Assembly (NCBI GenBank): GCA_963514005.1
Contig: OY740804.1
Location: 19,716,001 to 19,780,000 of the forward strand
DNA length: 64,000 nt
From: Raja brachyura
Taxonomy: Eukaryota
Direction of reading: 5' to 3'
The notes beneath the pieces were generated by a model. It was not told the DNA's origin. It saw nothing but the letters and a program-made list of their open reading frames with translations, and did not search any database. Within the stretch, counting starts at the first letter, position 1. Each line of letters starts with the position of its first letter. The translations under genes were made by a program, and so were the position numbers. Below, piece after piece: positions 38,367 through 50,399 of this stretch.

Positions 38367-38696
38367 GCAGGACCGAGGCTGTGATGTTCCACACCGAGTA
38401 TCTGATGGGGAACATTAATTCAAGAGTGGTCTTCCCACCCATGACGAACACGGAAGCTATCTCCCTTACCTGGACCTTCCGTAAATCGACAGGTTCGAAG
38501 CCAACACCAGTGTGCATTTGGTACTTCAGCTACCCCATCAAATGCTGGGGGACCTACATCAAGCGGGCTAAGCCACACGGCGACGGCTCCCTGACCATCA
38601 CGCAGCTGCGGCAAACTGACAGCGGCTGGTACTATCTCATTGCCAACATGGGATTCAACAGGGTGATGAACCGAAGGCTGCACCTGTCTGTGCAGA
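38367..38696 (+). CDS. Gene C exon 2, IgV domain
   Basis: Acceptor CTCTCTGCAG|, donor CAGA|GTGAGT, 330 nt. LTWTF, DGSLTI, DSGWYY, LHLSVQ. Confidence 0.9.
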
Positions 38697-41600
38697 GTGA
38701 GTGCTGAACCCCACCCTACGTGACCATCAGGCCACGGTCTACAGGCAGTTGGCGGTGTTCCGTTAACATTACCCCACCTCATGGGACCACCAGGCCATGG
38801 TCTACAGGCAGTTCATGGTGTACCATCAGTATCACTTAGAACTATAGTTGTACAGCACTGAAATAAACCCTTAGGCTGACATCATCCATGCCAACCATGC
38901 TAGTCCTATTTACCGGCTTTGACCGATATCCCCTAAACCTTTCTTATCCATGTACACCTGTTCAATGTTTTTTAAATGTTGCCATTGCACCTGGGTTAGT
39001 CTGAGGCCACCCCTGCCTCACCAAATTCCAAGGCATCATTGAAATCATCTTCACCCAGCATGACAATTGGAGTTGGAGGGCAATCACCAATGATAATGAT
39101 CAAAATGAAGTCGGTCTCAGCTCAGCTCCCACCAGAGCTTGCACCTTTACCTTGACAATCTGCCGGCAACTGAAATCACAGACAAAACATCCGAGAATTC
39201 CCTGAAAATAAGCCTGTACGGTGTGATGTCAAGCTGTTGCCACTTTTTAGTGCTCTCTGACAGCTGATCTTGATTACTACTGATTTTGTTTCAGTGCCTC
39301 CCAGCTCATCGAGAGTCAATTTTTTCCTTTAAAAGGTTTTATTCAATAATCACATTTTCATCAATTAAAACCGCTATCTATGCAGTTTGCAAACAACAGC
39401 GTTAAAATTCCAACGTCAGCCATGTCCATGACGCATCTCAGCCCCCTCCCCCCCCCCCCCGGCACCCTCTATTCTTGGAGGACCTCTGAACTTCCTGTGG
39501 ACATCGTGTGCTGCCTCTCAAGGGACACAGATGTAATCCTAGAAGAGGGTTCCCAGAGGAGCTGACTCGTCAAGAGCATTTGGCTGAAATGCAGCTAAAC
39601 CTTGAGAAACATCCCCTTTATATATACAAACAGGGCTGCAACTTCTCACACTCCATATACACATGGTACATAAGAGAAGAGATGGATGGCTGGCAAGTTG
39701 GTGAACCAATTTAAAAGATCTATCACACACCCCTGCTCTACAACACTCTCCACTCTGTCCTCAATATAAAAGTGGAGGACTCCCATGTAGAGATCTCCAC
39801 TGGGGACCCTCCTCGCTGTCAAATAGTTAGACAGACTGTCATGGCTATTTTTTTCCTTAACAATGAGCTTTTATTGCATAAACACAGTTACAATGCACTG
39901 CAGAGATCAAAACTGCCCTGCAGTTCGCAAACATTAGTCATCAAATTACAACATCCACAACAGCAACTTTTTTTTAACTTCCAAAATATAACTTCAGAAT
40001 AAAAAAAAATACAAAACAAAAACTACAAACTTCAAACATTCGCAGCGCATATACATTCATTACTGTTGTGTCGTACTCAGTAGTGTTCACATCTATCTTT
40101 AAACAAATCATCCTTGCCATTCATGTGGCCTCCTGAGGGGATATCCCTTCCCTTGTTTGAGGAATGTCCCCACTGTACTCTGCCCCTCAATGTCCAGCAG
40201 TGAAAGGTTCCAAGACTAATCATCCCCCAAAAGCCTTAGTGTTGGCTGCACCAAACGTCAGTATATCCCTCATCACGTACTCTTGCTGTCTGGAATGGCC
40301 CAGTTGACAACGTTCCCTGATGGATGTCTCGCTTTGCTGGGAGGATAAGAAGTTTTGGACAGACCTAAGAGTGACTTTCACAGAGTTGGTGATCTTACAG
40401 CATCACTAGACATCTGTTTCTAAACGTTTCCCTGGAATAACGTGTAAATCAGAGAGTCCTTGGTTACAGAGCTGATCAGGATGAACAGGGACAAGGACCC
40501 TTACATCATTCTCCAGACCTTCATAGTAGATCCACACTCTATGAAGAGGTGGACAACCGTCTCCTCTCTGCAACAACTGTCCAGAGGGCTGTGACAATGT
40601 CTAGCTGACTGGCACATTATACGGCAGCAGTGCCAGACCCATCCTTCGCAACACCAGGGACAGGTAGAGCTCAGCAGGGAATGATAAGGTGCCCAAGTGC
40701 TTTGACTCTATGCACAGCTTGATACAGTCGCACATAAAGACGGCCATCAGGATGAGGGCAACATTGGGCACATAATTGCCCCGGTTGTCTGCAGACGTGC
40801 ATCATGATCCGTTGGACCTGCTCCATCTTTGACCCCCCCCTTATGTGCTCATCTTTCCTGACGGATTCACAAAGGCTTATGTAGCACAAACAAGAAGGGA
40901 GATTGGGCAACCCTACCTGACTCTATACCTGATGGAGAATCTGTCCATTTCTCACCCATTGATTTGGACTGTAGTACTGATATCAGTGTATAGCAGCTGA
41001 ATCCAATTCCTGATTGCCTACAGCACGTCCATCTTATATGTGTGCAATATCTTGTCGAAGGCCTTCTGGTCCACACTGACCAGGCATGTTTCCAACCTTC
41101 CATCTTACATGTAGGTGATGATATCCCTACGCAGTGCTAGGCTGCCTGAGATAATCCTGACCCAGCCCCTGTGAACCTGCCCCGCAGAGTGGGCTCTGGT
41201 GATGAAGGTGATCTTGCCTTTGATTGTAGATTAATCAACTTGCCGGCTTACAGCCTTTCAGTGTTCCTCCTCTCAGATACTTCTCCCCCCACCGCTCCCA
41301 GACTGCAAAAGGATGAGTTGCTGAACGTATATCTGGAGTTGGCACAATTCCTTCTGACTTCTGACCCTGTCTTGCTTTCTGTACCCCTTTGGGATGAAGA
41401 ACCTCTTGATTTTATCCTTTTATCTTGATTGCTTCCGACCAGTGTATCGGAGAGTCAAAGAGGGGCTTCACAGTTCTCCAACCTGCATAGTTCCTCAGCG
41501 TCCCCTGGGGACAGCAGTTTGACATTTGACTTCCACATCCCCTTACTGTCTTCTGGTCCTCCTGTAGGTGAGTCAGAGAAGAATGTGTGTAGTTATATAC

Positions 41601-41869
41601 ACACCAGCTACTGACTACCTTCCAGAACCACAGGAATGGCTCCATGCAGGAATGGCTCCATAGGACATCCTATTGCACTCTCCTTCCACTAATGGTGTCA
41701 TCAAGTACCTGTTAACCTTTTATGAGGCATTGTACGGCAGGGTATATAAGTTGGCATCAGTCCACAAAATGTAGCCCAGGTCCAAATGGCACAAAATGTA
41801 GCCCAGAGTCCCAAAATGATCCACCCTATCACGGGGTGATCCTGATCAAGGGAGAGCAAGTCAACTGAA

Positions 41870-41970
41870 TAATCAATCTGAAGAAGGGTTTTGGCCCGAA
41901 ACGTTGCCTATCTCCTTCGCTCCTTAGATGCTGCTGCATCCACTGAGTTTCTCCAGTCTTTTGTGTATCC
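41870..41970 (+). mobile_element. Penelope terminal repeat with hammerhead-like core
   Basis: CTGAAGAAGGGTTTTGGCCCGAAACGTT starting at 41878. Confidence 0.7.
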
Positions 41971-42886
41971 CTGAATAATCAGTCCTCTAGGACAAGTAGA
42001 TCAGGTTCCAGACCAGATGTATGTTATCCTGGATGGACAGCCCAGGGCTATGTAGGTCTAGTTGGGTAATCACTTTCAACCATTTGGAGCCCAGACTATT
42101 TGCCATGGCCCATTTGAGACTATTCCATGTTGAGGAGGGAGACCGGGTGCCAGTTCCTCAAAAGGCAGAGATCGCTTCTTGGACACCAGGACAACAACTG
42201 CCTTGCACCATGAGTGGGATGCCCCCAGATAATCATGGCAGAGGAAACAGCTGAGAAGATCTCTCGGCACTCATGCATTCTTTGCAGGTCAACAGGGTCA
42301 GTGACAATGAGGATCACACGAGGAGCATAGGCCGAAGGACCACTTCCATGTCTGGCTGGTACAAAACCAGACTTGTTAACGTCTTCTGAAGTAGATACAG
42401 GAATGGCTCCACTCAGATGTTATACAATTGGTCAGATGCAGCAGCCTAGTTAGAATCTTTGCTGGAGGAAATGAGAGCTGTCAAGGATCTGTTGACTTTG
42501 ATGAGGCACTCTGCAGCAGCCTATAAAAACAAGACCCGGGTCACAAAATTCATTCTGAATCCAAACACCTGCAGAGTCCCCAACAGTGATCTACCCTCCC
42601 AAATGCCTTCTCGTGGTTGAGGGGGAGAAAGGCAGCTGGTACACCAGTCTCCTGCAGGTAGACAGCCCAGAACTATGTAGGACTGGTCAGGGTAGATCAC
42701 TTGGCACAGTACTGAACGCAAATGGCCATTGCTCTGGCACAGACCTCGTCCAAGCAGAGGAGAGAGACCAGATGCCATTTCTTCAAGAGGCAGAGATCAC
42801 CCTTTTGGGCAGCAGGCCTACAATAGCACTCCACCAGGACAGGGACATCTCTCTCGTCACCAGGCTCTCCTTCAGGATGTGTAGTC

Positions 42887-44121
42887 CAGGCACGTGCCGT
42901 CAGGGTAGGCACTGCCTACCCTGACTAAAATTATAACATAGTATTAACTAAATATAAATAATAAAGGCATGGGATAATTTTGCCTATGTAAGAGATCGAT
43001 CTCTTAGGTAGGCATAATTCTCCGTGCCTTTCATCCGCAGCGCTTGTAACACGGGAAGGTCTGTGCAGCCCATGTGCCATCAGCGCTGCCTGAAGCCGTC
43101 ACTTTCAAGCGGGGCTGAAGGCAGCAGAAATTCTGCCTCTTAGGTAACAAAGAGAGAAGAATGGAGCTCGTGGACCAATAATGTGGTAAGTACATTTTGT
43201 GTTGATGTTTTTAAATACTGTATTTCCCGGGGTGTTGGGGTGGGGGGAGAGCTCCTTTCACAGCGTTTGGGGAGTCTGGCCCGGGGTAAAGTTGCAGGAA
43301 GGGCACGAATGTTATGAATGAGGGGATTGGGATAATGCCACTTGTGACGCTCCTTGCACGGAGGAGTGCAATGACAAGGCATTGAGGCCGGGGGGGGGGA
43401 GAGAGAAGTAGCTCGGGTGGCTGAGCGGCCGCTGGGCCGGACAGTGGAACCAGCTGCCATCTTAGCACCTTCTGCTGGTCCCCGCTCACCTCTGGCAGCT
43501 CTCCATCTAAAAACCTCTCCTGCCGCTCGCTGGCCTCACTCATGTCCTTAAATTCCGACAGCACGATTGAGGTTGCTCGGCTGTGGGACTTTAAGGATTT
43601 GCAGGAAGCTGCTGACATGAGCGAAGTCGGCGAACGGCAGGTGGCAGGTGTTCCGACGGAGAGCACTGCCAAAGGTGAGCGGGCCGGCAGAAGGCGCTGA
43701 AGTGGCGGCCAATTCTGCTGTCGGGTCCCGGTGGCCACCCGTAGCTCCCTGAGCTGCTTCGGGTCCCGATGGCCGCTCGTAGCTTCCCCAGCTACAGTGC
43801 GTGGCTTCGCGCCCGGAGAGCTGCGGTAGCGGTGGGTGAGTGAGTTACTGGCATTATCCCCGACACCCTCCTTCTCAACACTCGTGCCCTCCCCACAACT
43901 TTACCCCTGGCACAGACTCTCCACACGCTGTGAAAGGAACTGTTCCCCCAATTGGTCTAGGACTAGGAAGCCTAGGAAGGGAAAATTGAAATGTCACTGT
44001 CTTAAATCTATTTATTTATTTATTTATTTATCGGCGATAACAATCTGCGCATGCGCGGTTAAATTTTTTTTTAAAGCGGACTGAGTGCCTACCCTGAGTA
44101 ATTACTCACGGCACGTGCCTG
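42887..44121. mobile_element. Non-autonomous hAT transposon, copy 2
   Basis: TIRs CAGGCACGTGCCGT / ACGGCACGTGCCTG; 8-bp TSD GTGTAGTC at 42879-42886 and 44122-44129; colinear with copy 1. Confidence 0.92.
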
Positions 44122-44129
44122 GTGTAGTC

Positions 44130-44930
44130 CTATGTGTACAAGGACACCCAGGTCTCGTGGCACCTCCCCTTTTCCTAATCTGACACCATTCTGATAATAA
44201 TCTGCCTTCCTGTTCTTGCCACCAAAGTGGATAACATATTTATCCACATTATACTGCATCTGCCCATTCACCCAACCTATCCAAGTCGCCCTGCAGCCTC
44301 AAAGAATCCTCACAGATTACATTGCCACCTAGCTTTGTGTCATCCACAAATCTGGAAATGTAACCTTTAATTCCTTCGTCTAAATCGTAGATATATTGTA
44401 AATAACGGGTCCCAGCACTGAGCCTTGCGGCACCCCACTAATCACTGCCTGTCATTCTGAAAAGGACCCGTTAATTCCTATTTTTTGCTTCCTGTCTGCC
44501 AACCAGTTCTCATAAGCCACCTGAGAGTTCATAAATATAACAGAATGTAGACCATCATCCTCGACCTCGAGGGATAGTCATGACGATGAGCGAAGACAGA
44601 AACACAGAAGACCGAAACTTGTTTAATTGGTCGGCCATTTCCTTGTTTCCCCATTATAAATTTACCTGTTTCTGACTAAGGGACCTACATTTGTCTTCAC
44701 TAATCTTTTCCTCTTCACATATCTATAGAAGCTTTTACAGTCAGTTGTTTAAAACCCCGTAAGCTTTCTTTCATGCTCTATTTTCTCCAGTCTTAACCCG
44801 TTTGTCCTCTGTTAAATTCTAAATTTCTCCCAGTCCTCTGGTTTGCTGCTTCCACTGGCCAATTTATATGCCTCTTTCCTTGGATTTAACACTCTCCCTA
44901 ATTTCCCTCATTAGCCTTGGTTGAGCCGTC
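44130..44930 (-). mobile_element. CR1 fragments, minus strand
   Basis: QMQYNVDK..IHFGGKNRKADYY; homologous to 17900-19200. Confidence 0.85.
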
Positions 44931-44931
44931 T

Positions 44932-46440
44932 TCCAAATTTTTCAAAACTCCTTAGATTCTGGAGTAGTTCCTGAGGATTGGAGGGTAGCTAATGTACCCC
45001 ACTTTTTAAAAAAAGGAGGGAGAGAGAAAACGGGGAATTACAGACCAGTTAGTCTAACATCGGTAGTGGGGAAACTGCTAGAGTCAGTTATTAAAGATGG
45101 GATAGCAGTACATTAGGAAAGTGGTGAAATCATTAGACACAGTCAGCATGGCTTTACGAAAGGTAAATTATGTCTGCCGAATCTTATAGAATTTTTTGAG
45201 GATGTAACTAGCAGAGTGGATAAGAGGGAACCAGTGGATGTGTTATATCTAGACTTTCAGAAGGCTTTCGACAAGGTCCCACATAAGAGATTAGTATACA
45301 AACTTAAAGCACACGGTATTGGGGGTTCAGTATTGATGTGGATAGAGAACTGGCTGACAGGCAGGAAGCAAAGGTTAGGAGTAAACGGGTCCTTTTCAGA
45401 ATGGCAGGCAGTGACTAGTGGGGTACCGCAAGACTCAGTGCTGGGACCCCAGCTATTTACAATATATATTAATGATTTGTACGAGGAAATTTAATGCAAC
45501 ATCTCCAAGTTTGCAGATGACACTAAGCTGGGGGGTAGTGTTAGGTGTGAGGAGGATGCTAGGAGGCTGCAAGGTGACTTGGATAGGCTGGGTGAGTGGG
45601 CAAATGCATGGCAGATGCAGTATAATGTGGATAAATGTGAGGTTATCCACTTTGGTGGCACAAATAGGAGGGTAGACTATTGTCTGAATGGTGGCAAATT
45701 ACGAAAAGGGGAGATGCAATGAGACCTGGGTGTCATGGTACGCCAATCATTGAAAGTAGGAATGCAGGTGCAGCAGGCAGTGAAGAAAGCAAATGGTATG
45801 TTAGCATTCATAGCGAAAGGATTTGAGTATAGGAGCAGGGAGGTTCTACTGCAGTTGTACAGGGTTTTGGTGAGACCACACCTGGAGCATTGCGTACATT
45901 TTTGGTCTCCAAATCTGAGAAAAGACATTCTTGTCATAGAGGGGGTACAGAGAAGGTTCACCAGACTGATTCCTGGGATGACAGGACTTTCATATGAGGA
46001 AAGACTGGGTAGACTTGGCTTGTACTCGCTAGAATTTAGAAGACTGAGGGGGGATCTTATAGAAACTTACAAAATTCTTCAGGGATTTGGATAGGCTAGA
46101 TGCAGGAAGATTGTTCCCGATGTTGGGGAAGTCCAGGACAAGGGATCACAGTCTAAGGATAAGGGGGAATTCCTTTAGGACCGAGACGAGGAAAACATTT
46201 TTCACACAGAGAGTGGTGAGTCTCTGGAATTCTCTGCTACAGAAGGTAGTTGAGGCCAGTTCCTTGGCTATATTTAAGAGGGAGTTAGGTGTGGCCCTTG
46301 TGGCTAAAGGGATCGGGGGTATGGAGAGAAGACAGGTACGGGATACTGAGTTGGATGATCAGCCATGATCATATTCAATGGCGGTGCAGGCTCAAAGGGC
46401 TGAATGGCCTACTCCTGCACCTATTTTCTATGTTTCCCTG
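44932..46440 (+). mobile_element. CR1 LINE, 5'-truncated
   Basis: RT ORF pieces 45216-46368 and 3' tail. Confidence 0.95.
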
Positions 46441-46459
46441 TTTTCTTTTTACGGCAGAG

Positions 46460-46975
46460 GTGCTATATTATGTTCAGTTCTGGGCACCATGTTATAGGAA
46501 AGATGTCAAGCTGGAAATGGTATAGAGAAGATTTACAAAGATGTTGCCAGGACTAGAGGGCCTGAGCTATAAGAAGAGTTGGCTGGAGCGCATGAGGTTG
46601 AGGGGTGATCTTATAGAGGTGTGTAAAATCATGTGAGGAATAGATTGGGTAGATGCACAGAGGTTCTTGCCCAGAGAGGGTGAATCTAGGACCAGAGGAC
46701 ATGGGTTTAAGGTGAAGGTGAAAAGATTTAATAGGAATCTGAGGGGTAACGTTTTCACACAAAGGATGATAGGTATATGGAACAAGCTGCCAGAGGAGGT
46801 AGTTGAGGCTGGGACTATCCCAACGTTTAAGAAGCAGTTAGGTACTGTACATGGATAGGGCAGGTTTGGGGGGATATGGACTAAACGCAGGCAGGTGGGA
46901 TTAGTGTAGCTGGGACATGTTGGCCGGTGTGGGCAAATTGGGGTCTGTTTGCACACAGTATCACTCTATGAATAT
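46460..46975 (+). mobile_element. CR1 3' fragment, second subfamily
   Basis: VQFWAPCYRKD and FTQRMIGIWNKLPEEVV; tail matches 55280-55360. Confidence 0.85.
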
Positions 46976-47449
46976 GACAAAGGAATTCTTCCTCGTGTAA
47001 GTCCAAGGACCCCAGGCTTCACAGAAATCCAAGGCGTTGATCAAACCGTCCTTACAGAATTAAACCTGGCTAGGCATTTGGGGTAGGAAGGAGAACATCA
47101 ATGTTAATGACCATGCAATGAATTCAGGAGTGGGCTCCCACCATTACAAGCGCACTTGGCAATCCGGCAGCCACAGATGCCCCAACGATGCTCAAAATAC
47201 AGAGTTAAAAGCATTGAAAATTAGAAAACTGTGTCAAAAGAAAGTCTCTGCAGAATGGTATCAATCCAACTTCCAAAGTCTCACCACTTTTTATTGCTCC
47301 ACAACAAATGATCATAATTTTTTGTCAGTGCCTCCCCGATCAGTGGGAGAGCTTCTCTCGGTGTCTGACCCTGGACAAGTGCGATGGGAGAATGTAGAGG
47401 GAACTTCTCGTGGTCACATTTGTTTATTTGCCCTTTGCCTCCTTTTTAG

Positions 47450-47526
47450 GCTCATCAACATCACGGATCATTCCCTGTTCCCTCTCACTCGTTGCTGCTC
47501 TGTTGGTTTGGAAGTGTTTTTCATGA
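47450..47526 (+). CDS. Gene C exon 3, probable GPI-anchor signal SSSTSRIIPCSLSLVAALLVWKCFS*
   Basis: Acceptor CCTCCTTTTTAG|, phase 1; donor AAG|GTAAAA at 47539/47540; same layout as gene B exon 4. Confidence 0.78.
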
Positions 47527-48209
47527 TAAGCAGATCAAGGTAAAAGCAATACTTGATCCCTTTCATGGCCCATAGGTTCTCCTCATCACAGACCCTTCCC
47601 ATCATTGAATACCCTCCCACAACCCACCAACAATCTCCGCTATTATAGTCTCCCCATCTATAGCCCACGTTCACTCCCCATGTTGCAAACTCTACCCACT
47701 CACTGAATTACTGCCCCCCCCCCTTTCTACAGCCCATGGACGCTCTCTCCCATCACTGACACTCCCCACCTACTGAATCTGCCCCCTGCCTATGGACTCT
47801 CTCCCCATCACTGACTACACACCCATTGAATACCCTATCACAGCCCAAGGGCACCCGTCCCTCTTCTTTGACTTTCCCCGACTGAAATGGCATTTACCTC
47901 TCATCCACCCTTTTAATCTGCCCAATGCTCAGGCTCCCTCCCCTTTCAGATTTCCCACCTTCTGTATCTCCCATGGTCCTCAGATTGAATTCTCTTCCTC
48001 AGGACCAACTTCCCCACCTGTTGATTCTCCTCACTCAGTTCATGGCCACCAGTGCCTCATTACTGATTGTCCCCACCCACTGAATCCCCTCCCATGGTCC
48101 AATGACACCCGCCCCTCTTTTCCGAGTTTCCCCGGCTGAAATGGTATTTACCTCTACGTTCCGAGTGCCTCTTCAGCAAACTGTTTTGCCAACTCTTGCT
48201 TTCCCGCAG

Positions 48210-48675
48210 GATGTCCCCGTCTGAGCCATGAGCCCCAGCAGACCGTTGAGGATCTTCTCGTCATGGGAGCCGGAGCCCTTTCCGTCGGAAATGTGTGAAT
48301 CAGGACAGCTGGGAGTGACTGCAAGACCCTGGTGACACTGGGCCAGGAACCCCATCAGACATCTCGATCTGATGCCGTCTGCTGCCCCCTGCCCTCACCC
48401 CATTAGACCCCATGGGGTGGAGGGGAGTTCCTTCCCCTACCCCTGTTGAAACTCAGCCTGTCTGCACCACCACTCACCCTGGGTGAAGGGGAGGGTCCCT
48501 CTTCCTGTCTGGGGTTGTGGTAATTGATAGAGGAGGTAACACCTCCTCCAGCATTTACCCTGTGGATGGAATGAAAGGGGTTCAAATTAGAACATCAGTC
48601 GTCAGGAAGAGAGTTGCATAAGGGCTGGCATTGGATGGAGGCACCTGGACGTTCCAATAAAACCGTCAAATATTA
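48210..48675 (+). other. Gene C terminal (3' UTR) exon with polyA signal
   Basis: Acceptor TTCCCGCAG|; AATAAA at 48656; paralog of the 27940 exon. Confidence 0.7.
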
Positions 48676-48789
48676 AACATATGAAGAACTGGCGTCTTCG
48701 TTTTGTGCCTGATTATGGTGGGTGCAAGGGAGCTGTGATGGAGTCTAACGGTTTAGAGTTGTGGGGGGAGGTACAGGTGTTTAGCAAAG

Positions 48790-49060
48790 TGATGGGTCCC
48801 ACAGTTTGGGGAATGAGGGGTCCCTTTTGGGGGATGATGGAACCCACACTTTGGGGACGAGGGCTCCCATGAATTTGGGGGATGAGGGGTCCCACAGTTT
48901 GGGGGATTTCACAGTTTTGGCAAGTGAGGGGCCCCACAGTTTTGGGGGTACCACTATTTTGGGGTAAGGGGTCTCACAGTTTGGGGGTGAGGGGTCCCGA
49001 TATTTAGGGGGGTGAGGGGTACCACAATTTTGAGGGGGGGTCTTTATGGGTTCACAGATT
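48790..49060 (+). repeat. ~22-bp G-rich minisatellite (GGGGTCCCACAGTTTGGGGGATGA)
   Basis: About 11 tandem copies. Confidence 0.8.
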
Positions 49061-49789
49061 TGATGCTTGGAGCACACCAGTCTGTAGACTGAACCTCTTT
49101 AGAAGGGTCAGGAAGAGGAGAACATTCAACTCCTCACAAACTGGAACAAGGCAAATATCGTTGCATAGAGGGAGGTTCACGCTGTTACGAAGATTTAAAC
49201 TAACAGGCAGAGGCATGGGATACAGAGTCGATGAGCAGTTGGTGAGAAGGTTAACTCGGTAGAATGGGCAGAGCAGAGCATGGACATGAGGTATATCAGG
49301 ATGGGATGGCAAATTTATATCCATTTTAATGAGTCTGGCAGGTAAGGCAACTAAACGTAGTATGATGTTGCTATCACAGAGGCATGGGTGAAGGAAGATC
49401 AGGTCCGGCAACCTGGCGTTCCAGGGTAGAGTCTTCAGTCATGACGGGGGATGTAAAAGATAAGGCAGTGCAATATTAATCAAGGAAACCGTCATGAATG
49501 AGATTGTTTTAGAATATTCTTCAAATTAGGTCATATGGTTAAATCTTAGAAATTAAAAGGGGTGTTCACTTTGTTAGAGTTATATTATATTGTTAGTCAG
49601 CCGGATATCAAGAAGCAGGTATGTAGGCAAATCACAGACAGGCGTAAGAGATTACGATATTTTTACTTTCTCAGCATGAATTGGGATTGCCTCAGGATGA
49701 AAAAAGTCAAAAGATGGATATTTTAGAGGTGCATGCATGAGAATGGTTCTAGACAGTATGTAAACAGTCCTTATGAACAGATAATAAAC

Positions 49790-50392
49790 ACTAGGTTCAG
49801 GAGTAGCCAGCACCGCCATTCAATGTGATCACGGCTGATCATCCCCAATCAGTACCCCATTCCTGCCTTCTCCCCATATCCCCTGACTCCGCTATCTTTA
49901 AGAGCCCTATCTCTTGAAAGTATCCAGAGAACCGGCCTCCATCGCCCTCTGAGGCAGAGAATTTCACAGACTCACAACTCTCTGTGAGAAAAGTTGTTTC
50001 CTCGTCTCCGTTCTAAATGGCTTACCCCTTATTCTTAAACTGTGGCCCCTGGTTCTGGACTCCCCCAACATCGGGAACATGTTTCCTGCCTCTAGTGTGT
50101 CCAAACCCTTAACAACCTTATACTTTTCAATTAGATCCGTTCTCATCCTTCTAAACCCCAGAGTGTACAAGCCCAGCTGCTCCATTCTCTCAGCATATGA
50201 CAGTCCTGCCATCCCGGGAATGAACCTTGCAAATCTACGCTGCACTCCCTCAATAGCAAGAATGTCCTTCCTCAAATTAGGGGACCAAAACTGCACACAA
50301 TACTCCAGGTGTGGTCTCACTAGAGCTCTGTACAACTGCAGAAGGACCTCTTTCCTCCTATATTTGATTCCTCGTGTTATAAAGGCCAACAG
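49790..50392 (-). mobile_element. CR1 3' fragment
   Basis: Minus ORF 49964-50398 containing [15 protein letters not shown]. Confidence 0.9.
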
Positions 50393-50399
50393 GCCCAAT

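Noticed and set aside
39300-42880. Extra Ig exons in gene C intron 2
   Set aside because: No Ig motif found in + frames. It looks like a decayed minus-strand retroelement (possibly Tx1/L1-like) that I cannot classify reliably.
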